DNA of 54,796 bases from positions 1 to 54,796 of IMG/VR virus record IMGVR_UViG_3300044820_000106; one strand, 5' to 3'. This document shows, piece by piece, positions 17,949 through 28,128 of this stretch (position 1 is its first letter; each line of letters begins with the position of its first letter). A model generated the notes under the pieces. The model made no database searches. It had not been told where the DNA came from and saw nothing but the letters and a program-made list of their open reading frames with translations. The translations under genes and the position numbers were made by a program. Source of the stretch: a virus (taxonomy: Duplodnaviria; Caudoviricetes).

Positions 17949-19441
17949 AGCACGAAGACCCTCAGCTCGCGCTTGCCCGCGAGATCGCCCAGTTCACGCA
18001 CGACCCGCTTGGGTACGTGCTGTTCGTCTTCCCGTGGGGCACGGGCGAATTGTCCGACTCGACCGGGCCGCGCGCGTGGCAGCGCAAGGTGCTCAACGAG
18101 ATCGGCGAGAAGTTGAAAGCTGGTGCAACGGCAGGGGAGGTGATCCGAAAGGCGGTCGCGTCGGGCCACGGCGTCGGTAAATCGGCGCTCGTGGCTTGGC
18201 TCATCAAGTGGGCGCTCGACACGTTTGAGGACACCCGCGGCGTCGTGACCGCGAACACGGACACCCAGCTGCGCACGAAGACGTGGGCCGAGCTGTCGAA
18301 GTGGCACCGGCTGTCGCTGACCAAGCCGTGGTTCAACCTCACCGCGACCGCGCTGATCTCGACGCTCAAGGATCACGACAAGGACTGGCGCATCGACGCC
18401 GTGCCGTGGTCGGAGAACAACACCGAGGCCTTCGCCGGACTGCACAACAAGGGCAAGCGCCTGCTGCTCGTGTTCGACGAGGCGTCCGCGATTCCGCCGT
18501 CCGTGTGGGAGACCGCCGAGGGCGCGCTCACCGACGAGGGCACCGAGATCATCTGGTGCGCGTTCGGCAACCCGACACGCCGCAAGTCGAAATTCTTCGA
18601 GTGCTTCAACGGGCAGCGACATCGCTGGTCGTGCCTCAATCTCGACAGCCGCACGGTCGAAGGCACGAACAAGAAACAACTGGGCCAGTGGGTCGAAGAC
18701 TTCGGCGAGGACTCAGACTTCGTGCGCATTCGCGTGCGCGGCGAGTTCCCGAAGTCCGACGCGAGCCAGCTGATCAGTGGCGCGGCGATCGACGCGGCCA
18801 AGCTGCGCGTGCCGCTCGAGGCCGCCTACCGCCATGCGCCGCGCGTGCTCGGCGTCGACATCGCGCGACACGGCGACGACTCGACCGTGATCATCAAGCG
18901 GCAGGGCATCAAGTGCGAGGCGCCCTACCAGATCCGCATTCCGGACCTCATGCAGATCGCGGCCGAGGTGGTCGAGATCATCGAGAACTGGGACCCCGAC
19001 GCGGTGTTCATCGACGCGACCGGCATCGGCTGGGGCGTCGTCGATCGCTTGCGTCAAGTCGGATATGGCGACATCATCTACCCCGTTCAGACAGGGGAGC
19101 GGGCCTTCAGCGAGGCCAAGTACTTCAATCGCCGCGCGGAACTGTGGTGCTTGATGCGCGACTGGATCGTCGAATCCGGTTGCTTGCCCGAGGCACGAGA
19201 TCTCGAGACGGACCTGACCGCGCCAGAGTACTGGTTCGACGGTCGCAACCGTTACGTGCTCGAGAAAAAAGAGGACATGAAGGAGCGCGGTCTGGCGAGC
19301 CCGGACAATGCCGACGCGCTCGCGCTCACGTTCCACGCTGCAATCGCACCACGCAAAAAAGTAGACGAGCCGGACTGGACCAAGCGCCTGACCGGTATCC
19401 GCACGCGCGGCCGCCCGCGCAAACACCCGATGCTGTCATGA
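17936..19441 (+). CDS. terL: Terminase large subunit
   Basis: Walker A ASGHGVGKS, Walker B LLVFDEAS, GNP coupling motif, nuclease LGVDIARHGDD and SPDNADAL. Confidence 0.95.
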   Translation: MPAVEHEDPQLALAREIAQFTHDPLGYVLFVFPWGTGELSDSTGPRAWQRKVLNEIGEKLKAGATAGEVIRKAVASGHGVGKSALVAWLIKWALDTFEDTRGVVTANTDTQLRTKTWAELSKWHRLSLTKPWFNLTATALISTLKDHDKDWRIDAVPWSENNTEAFAGLHNKGKRLLLVFDEASAIPPSVWETAEGALTDEGTEIIWCAFGNPTRRKSKFFECFNGQRHRWSCLNLDSRTVEGTNKKQLGQWVEDFGEDSDFVRIRVRGEFPKSDASQLISGAAIDAAKLRVPLEAAYRHAPRVLGVDIARHGDDSTVIIKRQGIKCEAPYQIRIPDLMQIAAEVVEIIENWDPDAVFIDATGIGWGVVDRLRQVGYGDIIYPVQTGERAFSEAKYFNRRAELWCLMRDWIVESGCLPEARDLETDLTAPEYWFDGRNRYVLEKKEDMKERGLASPDNADALALTFHAAIAPRKKVDEPDWTKRLTGIRTRGRPRKHPMLS

Positions 19442-19635
19442 GCGCGATCAGGATGACCTTGAGCTTCACGATGCCGAACGGCGAGACGCGCGAGCTGTCG
19501 CTCGAGACCGAGCACGGCGATGGCGTGTCGTATGCCGGCGCGATCCTGACGACGCTCAACGTGCTGTCCGACGCGATGATCGCCGAGGCGAACTTCCTGT
19601 CGATCCCACAAAAACCCGCGAGCCACGTGAATTAG
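19438..19635 (+). CDS. Hypothetical protein
   Basis: ATGA-coupled to terL. Confidence 0.55.
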   Translation: MSAIRMTLSFTMPNGETRELSLETEHGDGVSYAGAILTTLNVLSDAMIAEANFLSIPQKPASHVN

Positions 19636-19638
19636 AAG

Positions 19639-21900
19639 ATGGACGATCTGCTGGTCAACACGGTCCCACCGGACTCCGATCTCAAACGCATCGGCACGCA
19701 AACGGGCGACGTTGCCGACGCGGCCGCCGCGCTCTCGCCCGAAGAGATCGCGCGCCAAAACTGGCGCCGCTATCGGTACGTGAAGTCGCGCGGTCACCAG
19801 AACTATCTCGCCGAAGCGCGACGCAACGAAAACTACTATCTCGGCGGCGGCCTGCAGTGGCCCGCCGAGATCAAGCAGTACATGGAAGAGGTCGAAGGCC
19901 GGCCGGCGTCCGAGTGCAACGAGATCATGGGCGCGGTCAACAGCGCGGTCGGCTACCAGATCGCGAACCGCATGGACGTGCAGTTCATCCCGAGCAGCAG
20001 CGACGCGCTCGACACGACGGCCAAGGTGCTGTCGATGGTCACCAAGCAGATCTTCGAGTCGGCGCACTACAAGTGGCACGAGACCCAGCTGTTCACCGAC
20101 GGGCTCGTGCAGCAGCGCGGCTATCTCGACATCCGCATCGACATGAACGACAACCTGCAGGGCGAGCTGGTGTTCGACACGCTCGATCCGATGGACGTCA
20201 TTCCGGATCCGGACGCGAAGAGCTACGACCCGAAGGACTGGCTCGACGTCACCGTGACGCGCTGGCTCACGAAGAACGAAGCGATGGAACGCTACGGCCA
20301 CGACATCAAGGCCAAGCTCGACGCGCTCAGCCTGCCGCGCGAGGGCGACTTCGGCGATGGCGATGCGGACGACGGCATCTGGCGCTCGCGCTTCGGCGAC
20401 CCGCGCACGACGTCGGCCGAATTCTCGCCGGACCTGTCCGACGACAGCGATATGCGGTATCGCTTCATCGATCGCCAGCATCATCGCTACGACTTCGCAT
20501 GGGTCGCGGTGTACCCGACCGGCGAGATCCGCAGCATCGAAAACATAACCGAGGACGAGCTGTCCGCGCTGCGCGCGCAGCCCGGCGTGCAGCTCACTAA
20601 GCGTCGCATCAAGCGCGTGCGCTGGACCGTGAGCGCCGGGCAGGACGTGCTCATTCTCGACGTGTGGTCGCCGTGGAAGACGTTCTCGATCGTGCCGTAC
20701 TTCCCGTACTTCCGCCGCGGACGCACGCGCGGTCTCGTCGACAACGCGATCTCGCCGCAGGACACGCTCAACAAGGGCATCTCGCAGTCGATCGCGATCA
20801 CGAACGGTGTGTCGAATTCCGGCATGATGGTCGAGCAAAACTCGCTCACCAACATGTCGACCGCGGACCTCGAGGCGAAGGGCGCGCAGAACGGCCTGAT
20901 CCTCGAGTACAAGGAAGGCGCCACCAAGCCGGAGAAGATCGAGCCGAATCAGGTGCCGGCCGGCATCGTGCAGATCATCCAGCTGGCCAGCCAGAACATC
21001 AAGGCAACGACCGGCATCAACGAAGCGCTCACCGGGCAGGGGCAGCAGCAGGACATGTCCGGCGTCGCGATCCAGAGCCGCCAGTTCATGGCGCAGCAAC
21101 AGCTCGCGCTGCCGCTCGACAACCTGAGCCGCTCGCGCTACATGGTCGCGGAGAAGTCGCTCGAGTTCATCCAGAAGTTCATGATCGACGAGCGCGTGAT
21201 CCGCAGCGCGCCGAAGGATCCGAGCCAGTCGGCGATGTCGATCACGGTCAACAAGGTGCAGCCCGACGGCTCGATCCTGCACGACCTGACGGTCGGCACC
21301 TACGACGTCGTCGTCACCGACCAGCCGATGCAGATCACGTTCGACAATTCGCAGTTCGAGCAGATCAAGGCGTTCCGCGAGATCTTCGGGTTCAACGTAC
21401 CGCCCAGCGTCGCGCTGCGCTACTCGAACCTGCCCGACAAGGCCGAGATCGGCCCGCTGCTCGATCAGGCGAACGGCGGCCAGAGCGACCCGGTCAAGGA
21501 CGCCGAGGCCAAGCTCAAGGACTCGCAGGCCGGGCTCGCCGACGCGAACGCCGCGCTCACCAAGGCCAAGACGGTGCAGACGCTCGCGACCGCGATCTAC
21601 TCGGGCACGCAGGCCGCCGCACAGGCCGCGGCGATCCCGCACCTCGCGCCGGTTGCCGACGAGATCCTTGCCGCCGCCGGGTTCGAATCCGCGAGCGGCG
21701 GGCAGCCGATCCCGGCTGATGCCGGCCCGCCGTCCGGGCTCGCTGAGCCGCCGCTGTCGCCCGGGCAAGTGCCGGGCAAGACCACGATGCCGGGCGACCC
21801 GCCCGCGTCGCTCGCGCGCCTGCCGCATAACACCGATCCGCTGACCCCGGCTCATCCTGACCGTGGCGTCGACGCTGGCATCGAAGGAGGTCATCCGTGA
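19639..21900 (+). CDS. Portal protein (P22-like)
   Basis: YYLGGGLQW, RGLVDNAISPQDTLNK, SGVAIQSRQ, GTYDVVV; follows terL. Confidence 0.9.
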   Translation: MDDLLVNTVPPDSDLKRIGTQTGDVADAAAALSPEEIARQNWRRYRYVKSRGHQNYLAEARRNENYYLGGGLQWPAEIKQYMEEVEGRPASECNEIMGAVNSAVGYQIANRMDVQFIPSSSDALDTTAKVLSMVTKQIFESAHYKWHETQLFTDGLVQQRGYLDIRIDMNDNLQGELVFDTLDPMDVIPDPDAKSYDPKDWLDVTVTRWLTKNEAMERYGHDIKAKLDALSLPREGDFGDGDADDGIWRSRFGDPRTTSAEFSPDLSDDSDMRYRFIDRQHHRYDFAWVAVYPTGEIRSIENITEDELSALRAQPGVQLTKRRIKRVRWTVSAGQDVLILDVWSPWKTFSIVPYFPYFRRGRTRGLVDNAISPQDTLNKGISQSIAITNGVSNSGMMVEQNSLTNMSTADLEAKGAQNGLILEYKEGATKPEKIEPNQVPAGIVQIIQLASQNIKATTGINEALTGQGQQQDMSGVAIQSRQFMAQQQLALPLDNLSRSRYMVAEKSLEFIQKFMIDERVIRSAPKDPSQSAMSITVNKVQPDGSILHDLTVGTYDVVVTDQPMQITFDNSQFEQIKAFREIFGFNVPPSVALRYSNLPDKAEIGPLLDQANGGQSDPVKDAEAKLKDSQAGLADANAALTKAKTVQTLATAIYSGTQAAAQAAAIPHLAPVADEILAAAGFESASGGQPIPADAGPPSGLAEPPLSPGQVPGKTTMPGDPPASLARLPHNTDPLTPAHPDRGVDAGIEGGHP

Positions 21901-22070
21901 GATGGATTTTCCCGATCGCGTTCGCGCTGCTGTCGGCGTTCTTCTTCTACGGCGTGACCGTCGATAACTACGAGTCGCGCGAGACCGACAAACTCAACGC
22001 AGCATGCTGGTCGACCGTGTTCGCGTTTGCCACGGTGCTCTCGATCATTGCCGCGACGATCACAGCGTGA
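21897..22070 (+). CDS. Small two-TM protein
   Basis: Below cutoff; AAGGAGG RBS; MRWIFPIAFALLSAFFFYG...WSTVFAFATVLSIIAATITA. Confidence 0.6.
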   Translation: MRWIFPIAFALLSAFFFYGVTVDNYESRETDKLNAACWSTVFAFATVLSIIAATITA

Positions 22071-22306
22071 GCGCGAACATCAACGTCGTCGACTGGCCGA
22101 TCACGCCGCTGTCGGACATCCCGGCGCGCCTGCGCAAACTGGCCGACGAACTGGAAGCGTCGAACGAATTCTCACAGCTCGTGCTCGTCGGCGTGCGCGA
22201 AGACAAGTCGATCAGCGCGTTCGGCTTCGGCGAGTACCACGGGTGCTTCCACTGCGCCGGTATACTTTTGAGCGCGGCCAATTCATTCACCACACCACGA
22301 AATTAG
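22067..22306 (+). CDS. Hypothetical protein
   Basis: GTGA-coupled; DIPARLRKLADELE. Confidence 0.65.
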   Translation: MSANINVVDWPITPLSDIPARLRKLADELEASNEFSQLVLVGVREDKSISAFGFGEYHGCFHCAGILLSAANSFTTPRN

Positions 22307-22345
22307 GCGACCGATTCCCGGTTGGCCACAAACGAGAGAAACGAC

Positions 22346-22708
22346 ATGACCGACAACAACAGCCCGCAAGAGATCAGCAACGGCCAGATGTTTTTCACGC
22401 TGTGCAACATCGGCGCGAACATGCTGATGAGCGATGTCGCGCGCCTGCTCGCGATCGGCGCCGAGGCCGACCTTGCGAAGATCCCGCTCGATCGCCTGCA
22501 GTGGGCCAGCGACTACGCCAAGCTCAGCGCGACGATGCGTCAGGAGCAGAAGGATCTGGGCGACACCGACCAAGACGACCACATCGCGCGCTGCATCGAT
22601 CAGGCGAACGCGATCGACACGCTCATCGATCAACGCACGAACCCGAACCTCATCACTGTTCCGACCAAACCCAAACTGTCCGTAGTCAAACGAGGAATCT
22701 CAAAATGA
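22346..22708 (+). CDS. Hypothetical protein
   Basis: ORF ATGA-coupled to next gene. Confidence 0.65.
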   Translation: MTDNNSPQEISNGQMFFTLCNIGANMLMSDVARLLAIGAEADLAKIPLDRLQWASDYAKLSATMRQEQKDLGDTDQDDHIARCIDQANAIDTLIDQRTNPNLITVPTKPKLSVVKRGISK

Positions 22709-23013
22709 AATCGAAAGGGCTCGCTTCGAAGCCGCCGTCCACCAAGGGCAGCAACTTGCCTGCGGCGCCGCGCGCAATGCTCGCGTCCGACAACGACGGC
22801 GACGAGGGCTACAAGATCCGCGACGACGCACGTACACTCGTGCGCGCGCACCAGATCAAGTCAGACAAGAAACGGCACAAGAAGGCCAAGGCGCACATCG
22901 CGGCCATGGCGAAAATCATGCAGGGCGCAGCGAGCGAGCAGTCGACGAACCAGAACGGCTACCGCGGCCCGAACACCAACGGCGACGCTGACGCCGCCGG
23001 ACTCGGAGTATAA
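22705..23013 (+). CDS. Small basic head-module protein
   Basis: GAGGA RBS; DDARTLVRAHQIKSDKKR. Confidence 0.7.
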   Translation: MKSKGLASKPPSTKGSNLPAAPRAMLASDNDGDEGYKIRDDARTLVRAHQIKSDKKRHKKAKAHIAAMAKIMQGAASEQSTNQNGYRGPNTNGDADAAGLGV

Positions 23014-23018
23014 GCACC

Positions 23019-24077
23019 ATGGATCCAAAGCGGGCCATCCCGGCCGACGACCAAGATCTCGACGCACACCGCAAGGCGCTTGCCGGTGTGGTCGAGGACG
23101 CCGACGACAACAACGAAAAGGACGAGGACGATGAAAAAGACGACGAAACTGCCGACGGCGAGACGGATGCCGATGCTGCCGAAACCGAAGAAGGTGACGG
23201 CAAGTCCGACGAAGAAGACGGCGATGAAGAGCCCGAATTCACGGCCGAGGAGCTTGCCGCCGCGCTAGCCGATGACGACGACAGTCGCATCCCGGCCGGC
23301 CGGTTCAAGGAAGTCAACTCGCTCTACAAGCTGACCCGGGCTGAGCTGGCCGAGGCCAAGGCGCGGCTCGCGTTGCTCGAGCAGCGTCAGCTCAAGGCCG
23401 ACGAGACGCCGCCCGCGAAGGCGCGCGACTTCGACGCCGAGATGAAGGAACTGCGCAAGAGGTGGCAGGATCCGGAAGACACGATGACGCAGGACGAATA
23501 CGACGAGCTGCGCGACAAGCTCGTGTCCGAGCGCACCGAGGCCGCGGTACTCGCCCGTCTCGAGCCGGAGGTCAACAAGCTCAAGGAGACCGCCGCGCAA
23601 GCGCGTCGTCAGACCGAACAGCAGCGGCTCAGCGCCGCGGCCGAGAAGGTCTACGAGGTGTTCCCGTTCCTCAACATCAACGACAAGGCGAACCTCAACG
23701 AGGACGCGCTCGATGCCGTGATGACCGAGCGCGACGACCTCATCGAACGCGGCGTCGACCCGGTGCGCGCACTGAACCTCGCGGTCTCCACGATCGCGCC
23801 ACAGTTCGGCAAGCCGGTGCTGAAGAAGGCCAAGACCGACGAGACCGACGACGCGGCCGCTGCGAAGCCGAACGCCGACGAGATCGCCGCGAAGCGCAAG
23901 GCACTCGCGCGCAAGGCCGCGATGGCCGCCACCGAGGCGCAGCCGCCGAGCCTGAGCAAGGCCGGCACCGGTACGAAGGAAACCGGCGACGTGATCTCGC
24001 TCACGCGATCGGTCGAAGACTTCGCGCGCTGGGAAAAGCTGTCGCCGGCCGATCAGAAAAAAGTTCAGTGGCGGTAA
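23019..24077 (+). CDS. Capsid scaffolding protein
   Basis: Very acidic N-terminus, RIPAGRFKEVN, coiled coil; directly before capsid gene. Confidence 0.82.
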   Translation: MDPKRAIPADDQDLDAHRKALAGVVEDADDNNEKDEDDEKDDETADGETDADAAETEEGDGKSDEEDGDEEPEFTAEELAAALADDDDSRIPAGRFKEVNSLYKLTRAELAEAKARLALLEQRQLKADETPPAKARDFDAEMKELRKRWQDPEDTMTQDEYDELRDKLVSERTEAAVLARLEPEVNKLKETAAQARRQTEQQRLSAAAEKVYEVFPFLNINDKANLNEDALDAVMTERDDLIERGVDPVRALNLAVSTIAPQFGKPVLKKAKTDETDDAAAAKPNADEIAAKRKALARKAAMAATEAQPPSLSKAGTGTKETGDVISLTRSVEDFARWEKLSPADQKKVQWR

Positions 24078-24084
24078 AGAAAAC

Positions 24085-24115
24085 ACTTGCGCCGACTTTC
24101 GGGTCGGCGTAAGTT
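24085..24115. promoter_or_regulatory. Hairpin/palindrome coinciding with a promoter-like element upstream of capsid gene
   Basis: ACTTGCGCCGACT-TTCG-GGTCGGCGTAAGT; also reads TTGCGC-17bp-TAAGTT. Confidence 0.55.
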
Positions 24116-24327
24116 CCGCGTTGCGTAGGACGCCTATCCCGCGCTCAGTCCCGCTGGCGACGCAAGCCCAGCAAGGTCAGACCGCCTTCAACGTGTCCGC
24201 CTCTCAGTGAGCGTATCACTGTGCCAATGAGCCGATCCGCAGGGCGTGACAAGCGGAAAACAAAACGGGCCACACCGGCCTTCGCTGTTTTCACTCTTCT
24301 CACTCACCCCTACGAGGACATGCTGTC

Positions 24328-25449
24328 ATGGCACAGACCGATTTCGGCGCACAGAAGCCGCAGGTAATTTTCAACTGGGAGCACAAGGCCTACAAAGCCT
24401 ACCGCGACGCTCTCTTCTTCAAGAACTATCAGGGCCAGAACGGCTCGAACGTTGTCGAGCGCATCACCAAGCCGACCAAGAACGACAAGGGTCAGACGGG
24501 CGCGATGCTGCACCTCATCGCCGATCTGCCGACCGGCGGTATTCTCGGTGACAACCAAGTGCTCGGTCGCCAGTCGCGACTGCAGAGCTACTGGATCTCG
24601 GTCGAGATCGACCAGATCACGAACGCCTGCGTCAACACCGGCCGACTCGACGATCAGGCGTCGGTCGACAACTTCCGCGACGAGTCCAAGGACCGTCTCG
24701 GCCGCGTCGACGCGCAGACGATCGACGAGCTGTCGTTCCTCACGCTGTCGGGCATCTCGTACGGTCTCAACACCGACGGCTCGACCCGCGCGATCCTGCC
24801 CACGCAGGACGACCTGACCACGCTGCGCTACGCCGCGAGCGTGTCCGCTCCCACCGCCAACCGCTATTTCGTCTGGAACGGCACCGCGCTGCTGAAGGGC
24901 GTGTCGAACTCGACGATCACCTCGTCGTACGTCCCGACGTACTCGATGATCGTCAAGACGATGGCACAGGCGCGCACGCAGCGTCTGCCCCCGCTTCGCG
25001 TCGGCGGCCGCGAGTACTACGTGTTCCTGATCCACCCGCTCACGTACGCCGCGCTCAAGCTCGACACGATGTTCAACCAAGCGGTCGTGCACGGCATGCC
25101 GCGCAGTTCGGACAACCCGGTCTTCACGGGCGCGACGATCACGATCGACGGCGCGGTCATCGCCACGCACAACTACGTGTTCAACACGCTGGGTGCGGCC
25201 CCCGGTTCCAAGTGGGGCGCTGGCGGCGCGGTCGACGGCACGCGTTCGCTGCTGCTCGGTGCGCAGGCCCTCGGCTTCGTCGACATGGAGATGCCGGTCT
25301 GGGGTGAGCAGGAGCTCGATCACGGGCGTCAGCAGTCGATCGCGATCCAGCACATGTCCGGCCTGATCAAGCCGCAGTTCTATTCGATCTACACCAAGAC
25401 GACCGAAGACTTCGGCGTCATGGCGATCGACCACTTCATCAGCAACTAA
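24328..25449 (+). CDS. Major capsid protein (N4-gp56/DUF4043-like)
   Basis: YYVFLIHP, NPVFTG, RSLLLGAQAL, EDFGVMAID; follows scaffold. Confidence 0.9.
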   Translation: MAQTDFGAQKPQVIFNWEHKAYKAYRDALFFKNYQGQNGSNVVERITKPTKNDKGQTGAMLHLIADLPTGGILGDNQVLGRQSRLQSYWISVEIDQITNACVNTGRLDDQASVDNFRDESKDRLGRVDAQTIDELSFLTLSGISYGLNTDGSTRAILPTQDDLTTLRYAASVSAPTANRYFVWNGTALLKGVSNSTITSSYVPTYSMIVKTMAQARTQRLPPLRVGGREYYVFLIHPLTYAALKLDTMFNQAVVHGMPRSSDNPVFTGATITIDGAVIATHNYVFNTLGAAPGSKWGAGGAVDGTRSLLLGAQALGFVDMEMPVWGEQELDHGRQQSIAIQHMSGLIKPQFYSIYTKTTEDFGVMAIDHFISN

Positions 25450-25463
25450 GGAGCTGACGAGCC

Positions 25464-25892
25464 ATGACCAACTACGTAGCCAAAAGCGTCATCGCCTACC
25501 AGCAGCAGTTTGCTCGTGTGGCGGTGATTCCGTTCACGTTCCAGACCGCGATCAACGCGGGTGCGACGTTCATCCCGGGCCTGCAGCTTCCGCCCGGCGC
25601 CATCCCCTTCGGTGCACCGTCGCTCTCCGTTACCACGGCGTTCGACAGCACGACCGCGACCGTCTCGGTCGGCACGGTGGGCTCTCCCGCGGCGAACCTC
25701 GCCGCGACGAGCGTCAAGGCCGTTGCCGTCACCGCGCTGACGGTCGCCGCGGCCACCACCACCCAGAACCTCGGCCTCACCTTCGCCGTCACCGGCACGC
25801 CCACCGTGGGCGCGGGCGTCGTGTACATCCCGTACATCCAGCCTTACGGTGCCGATTTCAACGTCGGTAACAACCAGCAGCCGACTCTGTAA
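25464..25892 (+). CDS. Capsid decoration/cement-like protein
   Basis: AAGGAG RBS; Thr/Ala/Val-rich; directly after capsid gene. Confidence 0.7.
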   Translation: MTNYVAKSVIAYQQQFARVAVIPFTFQTAINAGATFIPGLQLPPGAIPFGAPSLSVTTAFDSTTATVSVGTVGSPAANLAATSVKAVAVTALTVAAATTTQNLGLTFAVTGTPTVGAGVVYIPYIQPYGADFNVGNNQQPTL

Positions 25893-25930
25893 TCGAACGG
25901 TCTCTCGTTGTTGTGGTAGTAACACGGATT

Positions 25931-25961
25931 GGGCGGGGGATTTTCTCCCGCCCCTTTTTTT
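25931..25961 (+). terminator. Rho-independent terminator
   Basis: GGGCGGG...CCCGCCC stem followed by T7. Confidence 0.85.
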
Positions 25962-25973
25962 GGAGACTCGCAA

Positions 25974-26375
25974 ATGTTGATGTTCAAAAGCAAAGACGGC
26001 ACGCCGATCCACGTCGCCAGCACCAATAGCCATGTCGCTACGGTGGGTGGTGAGTGGACCGAAATTCCCGAGCAACTACACACGATGGCCATGCAGCTGG
26101 GCTGCATGTGCGCGGACTCAGAGATGATTGAGCTGGCCGAGAAACACAAGGCCACGCTCAACGCGATCGGCGGCGAGAAGCAGGCGCCGCCCGAAAAGAA
26201 CAGCCCCGAGGACAAGCTGCGCGAGACGCTTCAGCTGGTCGTCGAAACCGATGACAAGTCGCTGCTGACCCAAGCCGGCATTCCCAACGTCGAGAAGGTC
26301 AACAAGATGCTCGGTTTCGGCTTCAAGCGCGAGGACGTGCTGCGCGTGTGGTCCGAGGTTCAGCCCAAGGAGTAA
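25974..26375 (+). CDS. Hypothetical head-module protein
   Basis: GGAG RBS; LTQAGIPNVEKVNKMLGF. Confidence 0.7.
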   Translation: MLMFKSKDGTPIHVASTNSHVATVGGEWTEIPEQLHTMAMQLGCMCADSEMIELAEKHKATLNAIGGEKQAPPEKNSPEDKLRETLQLVVETDDKSLLTQAGIPNVEKVNKMLGFGFKREDVLRVWSEVQPKE

Positions 26376-26378
26376 CGC

Positions 26379-27152
26379 GTGAACCTCAGCGAGCTTCGCG
26401 GCCGCGTTCGGCAAAAGACCAACGACGGAGTCGCGCCGTACCTCAACGGCGACGACTACCTCAACTCGCTGCTCAACGAAGCCGCCGACGAGGCGTGCAT
26501 TCGCGCGAAGCTCATTTTCGAAGAGGGCACACCGCTGTGCCAATTCGACTTGGTCAACGGTCAGGGCGTGTACGCCGTCGACCCGTCGATCATCGAGATC
26601 AAGGACGTGTGGCTGTTCGCGACGAACCCGATGTTCCCGAACAACGGGCGTCAGCTGCTCGGCGTCGACCAGACGCTGCTCGACGATCAGCGGCAGAGCC
26701 CGCTGCGCCTGAGCTACACCGCGTACCCGTATTCGTACGGCGCGGTGCCGACGTTCGCCTACACGAACTGGCGCAACTGGAAGGGCGACCCGCTGTACTT
26801 CCTGCAAGACACGACCGGCGCCGCGGTGCGGATGCAGCTCGTGCCGATCCCGGTGATCTCGAGCCCGACGTACGCGCAGCAGGCGCGCATGTCCGTGTAT
26901 CGCACGCCGAACGATGCCGAGCACATGGACACCGATCAGGACGAGCCGGCGATCAATCGTCGCTGGCACAAGAACCTGATCGACTGGGCGCTGTACCAGA
27001 TCTATGACGACTTCGACGGCGAAATGGCCGACCCGGTCAAGGCGGCCGCCGCGCTCGATCGATTCGAGAAGGCGTTTGGCAAACGCGATGACGCGAACGT
27101 CGAGCGCAAGCGCGCCGAGCGCTCGCGCCGCACAATCAGGATTGCGTGGTAA
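26379..27152 (+). CDS. Head-tail adaptor protein
   Basis: MNLSELRGRVR, LLNEAADEAC, HKNLIDWALY; position after capsid module. Confidence 0.78.
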   Translation: MNLSELRGRVRQKTNDGVAPYLNGDDYLNSLLNEAADEACIRAKLIFEEGTPLCQFDLVNGQGVYAVDPSIIEIKDVWLFATNPMFPNNGRQLLGVDQTLLDDQRQSPLRLSYTAYPYSYGAVPTFAYTNWRNWKGDPLYFLQDTTGAAVRMQLVPIPVISSPTYAQQARMSVYRTPNDAEHMDTDQDEPAINRRWHKNLIDWALYQIYDDFDGEMADPVKAAAALDRFEKAFGKRDDANVERKRAERSRRTIRIAW

Positions 27153-27577
27153 TGGCCAACACCTTCGGTTCCTACTCACCGATCGTCCCGCTCGGCACCA
27201 ACTGGCAGGAGTCGATCTCGCTGGTCGACGCCAACGGCGCGCCGATCGATCTCACCGGTCTCAAGGTGCACGCGCAGCTGCGCGCGCTCGTGCCGGTCGC
27301 GGCCGCGTTCGTGCCGACGACGGTGCCGATCCTCGAGCTGACGACGCCGTCGTTCTACACGGTGCTGCCGTCGTGGCCGGTGCGCGCGTCGTTCTCGATC
27401 GGCACGCCGACGCTGGGCGTGATCACGCTCAACTGCGCGCCCGACTACTCGGCGATCGTGAGCCCGCTCAACGCCAAGGTGAAACTGTACTGGGAGATCC
27501 GCCTCGTCGCGGCCGATGGCACGGTGCAGCCGGTCGTGAGCGGCAAGGTCGTGTTCCTGCCGGCGGTGACCTTCTGA
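27152..27577 (+). CDS. Virion structural protein
   Basis: PIDLTG...AQLR and VSGKVVFLPAVT pattern. Confidence 0.65.
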   Translation: MANTFGSYSPIVPLGTNWQESISLVDANGAPIDLTGLKVHAQLRALVPVAAAFVPTTVPILELTTPSFYTVLPSWPVRASFSIGTPTLGVITLNCAPDYSAIVSPLNAKVKLYWEIRLVAADGTVQPVVSGKVVFLPAVTF

Positions 27578-28125
27578 TGGGCGTCGTCGTTCAACAGCAG
27601 GGCGGCCAGACGATCGTGCTGTCGAAGAGCGTGGTCGCGACGATCGCGGCGCTCAAGCGCGACACGAACGTCGTCGGCGGCAACGTCGTGCAGGTGGTCG
27701 CGCGCGATGCGAACGTCACACCCGTCGATCGCCCGACCGACGTCACGATCAACCGGCAAGGTCTGCAGGGCCCGAAGGGCGACCCCGGCGTGTCCGGCGG
27801 CGGCGCGCTGCCACCGATCAACTTCAGCTACGGCGACGCCGCGCACGTCGTGTATACCGCGCCCAGCAACGGCGTGTTCACGATCTGTCGCGTGGACGTT
27901 TCCACCGCATTCAACGGCACGGGCGCGGCGATCCACGTCGGCCTCGTGGGCAACATCGATGTACTGATCCCATCGAACCACATCGACCCGACGTCGGTCG
28001 GCGGCTACGAACAGACCGCCGACTACACGGTTTCAACTGGCGCGCAGGTGTGGCTGCAGATCGCACCCGGCGCTGGCGCCACGCAAGGCGCCGGCCAGCT
28101 CTTCCTCACCTTCATTCCGGAGTAG
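27577..28125 (+). CDS. Structural protein with short collagen repeat
   Basis: GLQGPKGDPG; C-terminal domain resembles 25464 and 28129 products. Confidence 0.7.
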   Translation: MGVVVQQQGGQTIVLSKSVVATIAALKRDTNVVGGNVVQVVARDANVTPVDRPTDVTINRQGLQGPKGDPGVSGGGALPPINFSYGDAAHVVYTAPSNGVFTICRVDVSTAFNGTGAAIHVGLVGNIDVLIPSNHIDPTSVGGYEQTADYTVSTGAQVWLQIAPGAGATQGAGQLFLTFIPE

Positions 28126-28128
28126 CAC

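Noticed and set aside
19252-21894. 880-aa antisense ORF over the portal gene (likewise 32001-34394, 44072-46033 and 46037-48895)
   Set aside because: Arg/Ala/Val-rich shadow frames expected opposite GC3-biased genes; no RBS and no compositional change in the sense gene.
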